Positions 57,242-64,000 of a stretch of 64,000 nt of DNA are shown in pieces (the stretch's first letter is position 1; every line of letters begins with the position of its first letter). Position numbers and translations under genes: made by a program. Source of the DNA: Eledone cirrhosa (lineage: Eukaryota); assembly GCA_964016885.1 (NCBI GenBank), contig OZ024751.1, positions 17,298,001 through 17,362,000 of the forward strand. Reading direction: 5' to 3'. The notes below the pieces were generated by a model. It made no database searches. It was given only the letters and a program-made list of their open reading frames with translations, and was not told the DNA's origin.

Positions 57242-57268
57242 TAAAATAACAGATTAAAGTTTAAGCAA

Positions 57269-57299
<31 letters not shown>

Positions 57300-57306
57300 T
57301 ATATAT

Positions 57307-57360
<54 letters not shown>

Positions 57361-57365
57361 TTCTG

Positions 57366-57399
<34 letters not shown>

Positions 57400-57401
<2 letters not shown>

Positions 57402-57560
57402 ACAGACATCCACAGAATTTTTGTTTTCCAAATGTTATTCACGAGGTCATTGGTGAACGCCATACTGTAGCACAGAAGACTCTTGCCCAGGGTGCCACAC
57501 ACAGAAACGAAACCCGCTACCAGTTGGTTGCGAAGTGAACTTCTCAACTACACAGCTGTG
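57400..57560 (-). mobile_element. Second tRNA-derived SINE family, diverged
   Basis: AGAAGACTCTTGCCCAGGGTGCCAC..GAAACCCG..TGGTTGCGAAGTGAACTTCTCAACTACACAGC; related fragment at ~34620-34710. Confidence 0.6.
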
Positions 57561-57953
57561 TCTTTGCCTGTTATGTGTTTTAGTTACGTATCAGTTCGTA
57601 TTCACATGATTTAGACTCCCATAATTGAACTAAGAGGAAGTGTGTCGGCCCTTGATGCAAACGCTACATGATAGGCAGTGACAGCTGTCATTGATGACTT
57701 GGAAACTCTCAAACTTTCAGAACTTTTTTGTTTATCTTGAAATGTACACAAGCACAGTATAGTATATTTTTTTAATACACAATACTTTCACATGTATACA
57801 TATAAACATATAATGTTATATATTCGTAAATATTTATATATATATATATGTAAATATACATACAGAAATGTATATATGATATACAGAAACACACACACAT
57901 TCCCAGAACGGATAGGTGAAATCGGAAATTGTTCGTTTGTTCCTTTCGTATCG

Positions 57954-58002
<49 letters not shown>

Positions 58003-58019
58003 GACATATATATTATACG

Positions 58020-58143
<124 letters not shown>

Positions 58144-58549
58144 CTAGATTGGAACTATGATATGTTTCTCTGTATTTTCTTTGAAATGCCAAGGAAATGA
58201 ATTGACAGATTCGTTCACCAATCGGATAAAATGCTTTGTTATGTTCGCTTCACTTCTTTGGGCTTTGATATCAAATGCAAGTGAAGTTTACTCTGCATAT
58301 TGTTCTTTCGGGATCGATAAAGTAAAACACTGAACTAGGATCTTTATTTAGTGTAATTGTTAAAGTATGCGACGAGATAACTTGCAGGTCCATTCTAGCT
58401 GATTGAGGTCCAATCACAATGCTATTTTCGATACTGGTACCAAGCTGTATTTAGGCTTGCTTTTTCCTTGGCCAACATCGGAGAAGACTACGTTTTGTAT
58501 TAACCTCTATATCTCTGGTCATGTAGATATCGTTATTATTGACATTTGC

Positions 58550-58770
58550 AGGCGGTGGTTTGGCAATATTGGTACGACGTCGGTCAACAAGATGCGCAGC
58601 GTAGAGATACGGCCGTTTACGTTCTGAGTTCAAAACCACCGCGGTTAGCTTTGCCTTTAATCCTTACGGGGTCGATGAAATAGAGCACAGGTAATGCACC
58701 GGGGTCGATTTAATTGACTTTCCTCTCCCCTAAAATTGTTGGCGTTTTGCCTAAATCAGAAACCATTATT
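58550..58770 (+). mobile_element. tRNA-derived SINE (S1)
   Basis: GGCGGTGGTTTGGCAATATTGGTA..GAGTTCAAA..GGGGTCGAT..GCCTAAATCAGAAACCATT. Confidence 0.8.
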
Positions 58771-59589
58771 GATATCTATAGGGTTACAAAATCATATACT
58801 TAAAAATAAAGCGCATTGGTCAAAATTGGTTGCTCTGTCGATATCCCTCAAAAGCATTCTGGCCTCACAGCTGTTTAGAAGCGTTTCTTCTAAATCTATG
58901 TTTACGTGAAGACATATGGCTGCTTCTACTTCTCAGTTATATTCCTACACTTATATATATTTACTTGCTACATTATTACACACCGTCACTTTGTTGATAA
59001 TTATTTTTGAAGTGTCGTAATATGCCATTTAAAAGTTGTTTATACCTATAATGTGCTTTGCTTCTCTAAGTCAGTTTCGTGGTGCATGTTTAGGGTTCAT
59101 GAGTTAGTAGCTCCTATGATATCTATACATTATTCATATTTCACTAAACGCGGAATCAAAATACTAAACCTTATTATACATACTTCAGCGTTATTCCCTA
59201 TCGACATTTAGTACGCAGCGGCTTCTGCTTGTCAGATTTGATTTTCTTTTGACGTATTATTGTTAGCAGTTATAAGGCGTTGCTAAAGATATATCTAGAC
59301 ACTGCTCATACACATGCACAAACTGATACGTATCTATTTATCTCTGCAAAAGCCTTTGCTTACACTGGCAATGTATTATAATACACTTTTATATCTCCCA
59401 TAAAGAAGTTCATTGGGTGTGACTGATATAACAAGCCGTTTGATTTAACAGCATAAACCTGTCCAGGAATGCTTCAGCTGGCTTCCGACATTCCATTTAG
59501 CCAGTCTATTAGTCTACGTCTCCTGTAGGAAAAGGTTTTCTAAACATATCCAGCAAACAATGTCTCTATAGTGTTTTGAAAATGCTTCA

Positions 59590-59708
59590 TAATTGTTTGT
59601 AATTTTGGTAGAAAGCCAGCAATTACACAGTGCATTACTGGTACTTTATTTTATCGACCCCGTAAGAATGAAAGGCAAAGTTAACCTCGGCGGGATTTGA
59701 ACTCAGAA
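59590..59708 (-). mobile_element. SINE (S1) 3' half
   Basis: GCCAGCAATT..TACTGGTACTTTATTTTATCGACCCCGTAAG..GGGATTTGAACTCAGA. Confidence 0.8.
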
Positions 59709-59762
<54 letters not shown>

Positions 59763-60134
59763 CTATGGACACATAACCTCCGATGAAATCGTAGGGACGA
59801 CATCTTGCTGCTCTTAGCATTCTAAAACTGACAGAAGATCTTTAGGTTTAAGCATAGCTGATTTGATTCGGACAAAGAATCAATTCAGAGAAATGATTTG
59901 AGAAACCTGACAGAAGGAATTGCCGATTAATGGACTAATACTTATTTTATCAACCTTTAAATGTTGAATGGCGGTATTGGCACAGAACCAGAACAAATAG
60001 TGTAAAGTATTCTATCAGATGTGTTAACGATTCTGCCACTTCACCGCTTTTCTTATTTATACAGTGGCATATATTTATATAATTTCTCTCGCTCGGTGTT
60101 TGAGAGTTCCCTAATATTTAGATTGTTTTCCTGG

Positions 60135-60950
60135 CGTTCAAGTACCCCCCCCCCCCTTCCCAACGCACTTGGGATGCCTTCGAGTGCATCCTGGCCTCAG
60201 ACAGTATCACGCGCAAGCTCGATCAGCACTGCCTTGCTTGTTTTCGTGCGGCGTCCAAACCCCACAGTGGTGCCTGGCTCCATGCCCTGCCCGCCTTCTC
60301 TACTGGCACGCACTAGACAACCATAGCCTGCGAATCGGCGATTCCCTGAGGCTCGGCCTCCGGATCTGCCAGCCACACCAATGTCGCCGCTGTTCCACCC
60401 TGGACACTTTCGGCCTCTACCCGCTTTCCTGTCGCCACAGTGCCGGCCCCATTCCACGCGATGCTGCCCTCAACGAGGTCATTAAGCATGGCTTGGACGC
60501 TGCAGGCTTCCCTTCCCAGCTCGAGCTGGTGGGGTTGGATCGAGGGGACGGCAAAAGGCCAGATGCATGACCATCTTCCCGTTCCGTGGTGGGAGACCCC
60601 TCGTCTGGGATGCCACTTGCACCGACACTTTCTGCAGCCGCAACCTGGTGCAGTCAGCGACTGACCCAGTTTCTGCTGGACGTCGGGCTGAGAGGGCCAA
60701 ACTCCTCAAATACCGGTCGATCTCCGACAGGTTTGCGGTCGTACCCCTGGTAGTGGAGACTTCTGGTGTCCTCGGCCCCAGGGCTACCTCCTTACTCACC
60801 ACCATAGGCGACACTGAGCTGGCCAGCCGCAGGTGTGAGCCCGGTGTGTTGGAGCGGATTTTCCAGCGCGTCTCCCTTGCCGTCCTCCGGGGAAACACTT
60901 TCTCCATCCTGTCAGCCGGGGCTGTGGGTGGAGCCCCATCGCGTACCGTT
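60135..60950 (+). pseudogene. CRE-clade-like non-LTR retrotransposon 3' end: CCHC knuckle plus restriction-like (PD-D/ExK) endonuclease, frameshifted
   Basis: GC-rich island. Across frames: SGAWLHALP..LDNHSLRI..LRLGLRICQPHQC..C..D.FG..LSC..ALNEVIK..AGFPSQLE..GLDRGDGKRPD/MTIFPF..LVWDATCTDT..AE..K..KY..PLVVETSG..FQRVSLAVLRGN; frameshift at ~60567. Confidence 0.82.
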
Positions 60951-61028
60951 GTAGTTTTTGTATACAGATATTAACTCATCAATTCAAATTCTAGACACAA
61001 TACATAGCAGAATGAGAATACATTATTT

Positions 61029-61210
61029 ATTGGCAGTATCGGTTGAGGGTCAGACGCCATGCTTTCCCGCATAGTTACGTCCCTTTACGATCTGAGTACA
61101 AATCCCGCCGAGGTTGACTTTGCCTTTCATCCTTACGGGGTCGATAAAATAAAGTACCAGTAATGCACTGGTTAATTGCTGGCCTTGTGCCTAAAGTAGA
61201 AACAATTATT
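61029..61210 (+). mobile_element. tRNA-derived SINE (S1)
   Basis: Full TTGGCAGTATCGG..CTGGCCTTGTGCCTAAAGTAGAAACAATT. Confidence 0.9.
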
Positions 61211-61299
61211 TCTTTGTAACTGTCACAAAATTCTCTGCATTCAAAGACTCGTCTACCTAGCAACTACATTAAGTTATATTCACAAAATGGTGAAGTCGC

Positions 61300-61625
61300 A
61301 CGACTTAGTGATTAGAGAATTGGGCTTGTAATTGAAAGGTTGGGAGTTCAATTCTCGGAGCGGGTGATGCGTTGAATCCTTGACCAAGACACTTTATTTC
61401 ACCTTGCTCCAGTTTACTCAGCTCTAGAAATGAGCTGTGACGTCACTGGTGCCAAGCTCTATCGGTCATTGCCTTTTTCTTGGACAACATGGCGTGGAGA
61501 GGGGGGCTGGTATGCATGGGCGACTGTTTGTCTTCCACAAAACAAACTTTGCCCAGGCTTGTGTCTCGGGAGGAAACTTCTTATTTCCAAAACTATGGTC
61601 ATTCGTGACCGAGTGGGGCCTAAAA
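61300..61625 (+). mobile_element. Third SINE family (tRNA-like head, GC-richer body)
   Basis: TAGTGATTAGAG..GAGTTCAATTC (A/B boxes)..CCTTGACCAAGACACTTTATTTCAC..GTCACTGGTGCCAAGCT..; related fragment at ~58430-58485. Confidence 0.7.
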
Positions 61626-61827
61626 GGATTAACAAAAAAGCCAATTAACTTTTTTTTTATTTCTACAAAACTATCACGTGGTGTACTAATAGTTGTCAGT
61701 ACAACATTCACAAAAGTCATTATATTGATTTGCGCTTCTGGAAATAACAAATTAATTCTTATATGCTTGATAAGCAGAGTTACTCATGCTGTATATAGTT
61801 TCAGTTTTTATTATCTTAGAATGTTAA

Positions 61828-62280
61828 GGGCAGCGGATTAGCAATATCGGTAGAGCGTCGGACAACATGCTTCACAGCATAGAGTTACGGGCCTAAGTTC
61901 AAATCCCGCCGAGGTTAACTTTGCCTTTGATCCTTACGGAGTCGAGATAATAAAGTACTAGTATTGCACTGGGGTCGATTTAATCGACATTTCCCTCCCC
62001 TAAAATTTCTGGCCTTGTGCCTATTTAAGAAAACATTATTCTAGAATGTAAGGGAAGCGGATTGCCAGTATCGTTAGGCCGTCAGACAACATGCTTCACA
62101 GGAGAGAGTTACGGCACTTTACGTTCTAAGTTCCAATCCCGCGCAGGTTAGCTTTGTCTTTTATCCTTACGGAGTCAATAAAATAAAGCACTAGTGATGC
62201 ACTAGGGTTGATTTAATAGACTTTCCGCTCCCCTTCAAATTTCTGGCCTTGTGCCTAAAGTAGAAACAATTATTTTAGAA
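61828..62280 (+). mobile_element. Two tandem SINE (S1) copies
   Basis: 61828-62040 and 62052-62280, bounded by TAGAATGT. Confidence 0.85.
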
Positions 62281-62436
62281 TGTAATATTGTATTGATATT
62301 ATTTGTAAATGTTGTTCTTAGCTATTAATTTTGATTCTGCAGACCACCTGTTTCCATCTAGGTAAGTTAATAATTTTAACCACTTCATGACTTAATAGGA
62401 TATGATTTGAACAATATGTCCAATAACGTGACGATG

Positions 62437-62476
<40 letters not shown>

Positions 62477-62579
62477 TGCTCAGGTGTCTTTTTGGTCCAT
62501 GGAGCGCTTGCCAGCATAACTCGGATATTGCGTTTGCGTTTGCTTGTTTTCGACCCTGCCGAAATACGAATCTCGCTGA

Positions 62580-62626
<47 letters not shown>

Positions 62627-62769
62627 AATTAAAATACTAGAGTGTGTTGGAGTTAAATACCCTCTTCGTATTATAGAAATGACAGTAAAGGTATAGCTCA
62701 ATGTAATTAAACAGAGCCGAGGATTATAAAAATAAACCAAAGAAGCCTTCAATACATCAAAAGTCTTTA

Positions 62770-62815
62770 TTAGCCAACAATGTTTCGTCCTATTAAGGAC
62801 TCATCAGGGCAATTA
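62770..62815 (-). ncRNA. Canonical minimal type I HHR in a (TA)n-flanked element (~62625-62875)
   Basis: Minus: GCC CUGAUGA GUCC-UUAAUA-GGAC GAAAC AUU GUU GGC U AAUAAA. Confidence 0.85.
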
Positions 62816-62972
62816 AAGCTATAAGAAGCACTATCGGCCGATACAAGCCAAAAACTCAGAAGAATATTTTCATAATATATATATATATACATATATATAT
62901 ACGTTATTCCGGGTTGAATCGGAGGTAACCACAGTAAGTAAGGTACTCAATACTTTGCAGAGTATAAAATCA

Positions 62973-63025
62973 GAGATTCCTGATGATTTCTAAAGAATGA
63001 AACAGTTCTAGTCCTGTAGAATCTC
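62973..63025 (+). ncRNA. Type I HHR of family B (element ~62902-63040 in (TA)n)
   Basis: GAGAUUC CUGAUGA U UUC-UAAA-GAA U GAAAC AG-UUCUAGUC-CU GUA GAAUCUC; 7-bp stem I, 4-bp stem III. Confidence 0.85.
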
Positions 63026-63289
63026 ATCTATATTAAAACTATATATATATATATATATTACTATTCGGAGAATAGTATCTCTGGTAGTATTGGGTCATAT
63101 TTCGTTTTGCCTGGAGTGTCTCTCATTCGAGTCCTTCCATCAAAGCATGTTTACAAGCTCCCATAATAGGTTCATTATTGAAATGCACTAATTCCTCTCT
63201 TTTATAAATACATTTCTTTCTTTGCATGATCGGTTTTACTATTGCATGCTTTTCTGTCTGCTATTTACTTATGATGTCTAACATTTATC

Positions 63290-63620
63290 TTTGCTGTATC
63301 CAAGTGTTCTTACGTTGTTTCATTCAAATACTATTGCTATTTTCCCATCCAATATTAGTTTGTGAGCGAAACAATTATTGGTTTTATCACACTTGATAAG
63401 TACTCGACATGGCTGACGGCGACCTTTCTACAAAGCTAGATATACTTGCTGCTGTCATTTTGAAATTGGTTAGGATTTTGGTTCTCTAATATGTCCTCTT
63501 TAAATCATTAATAATTGAACGTTGTTTTCGGTTCCAACCATATTGAGGATAGATTTTAACTTCTAGTAATCAAATATTAGGAAAAGAAAACCACATTTTA
63601 CTAGTATTGTCTCTCGATAA
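63290..63620 (-). pseudogene. Highly decayed hAT transposase remnant (tentative)
   Basis: Minus-strand fragments KILTNFKM..ISSFVERSPSAMSS and CFAHKLIL resemble the hAT DGA.AM.G and C.AH.LNL motifs; many stops. Confidence 0.3.
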
Positions 63621-63714
63621 AGTGGTGGATTAAATGATTCGGTCTTTGTTCTAGCTAGTGCCACCGTAATTTCAAAGCCCCTTCTATTCTCCCAGGAATG
63701 AATACCGACATATA

Positions 63715-63868
63715 GTAGGCGGCTAACTGACAGAACCGTTAGAATATTGGATAGAATGCTTTATGGTATTCGTTCCGGCTCTTTGAGTTCAAATCCTACC
63801 GAAGTCAACTATGCATTTCATCCTTTCCAGATCGATAAAAAAAGTACCAATCTAGTGCTGGGGTGGAT
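63715..63868 (+). mobile_element. Diverged SINE (S1-related), followed by (CT)n/(CTAT)n
   Basis: GGCGG..TGACAGAACCGTTAGA..GAGTTCAAATCC..TTTCATCCTTT..GATAAAAAAAGTACCA. Confidence 0.75.
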
Positions 63869-63871
63869 TCT

Positions 63872-63970
<99 letters not shown>

Positions 63971-64000
63971 CTATCTCCCTCTCTTTCTCTGGAAGAAATC

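Overview
AT-rich eukaryotic non-genic DNA with dense (TA)n/(CA)n microsatellites and one 200-N gap. The tRNA-derived SINEs look like those I recall from octopus/cephalopod genomes (inferred, not searched). I can support no intact host gene, and almost all ORF-track calls are microsatellite artefacts. The real coding remnants are a Penelope-like GIY-YIG endonuclease C-terminus (55.4-55.8 kb) and a frameshifted CRE-like zinc-knuckle/restriction-like endonuclease (60.1-61.0 kb). The main signal is an 11.1-kb, almost perfectly homogeneous array of 18 x 615-bp units starting inside a (TA)n tract. Each unit carries, on the minus strand, an enlarged type I hammerhead ribozyme (HHR) fold with a variant core, which looks like a rolling-circle cDNA of a circular retrozyme-like RNA. 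At least ten other short element families in the window, mostly in (TA)n tracts and often fold-backs, carry HHR motifs. These include canonical cores, U3-A8 compensatory cores, recurrent position-4 variants and palindromic mini stem III. All folds were derived by eye and are not tested.
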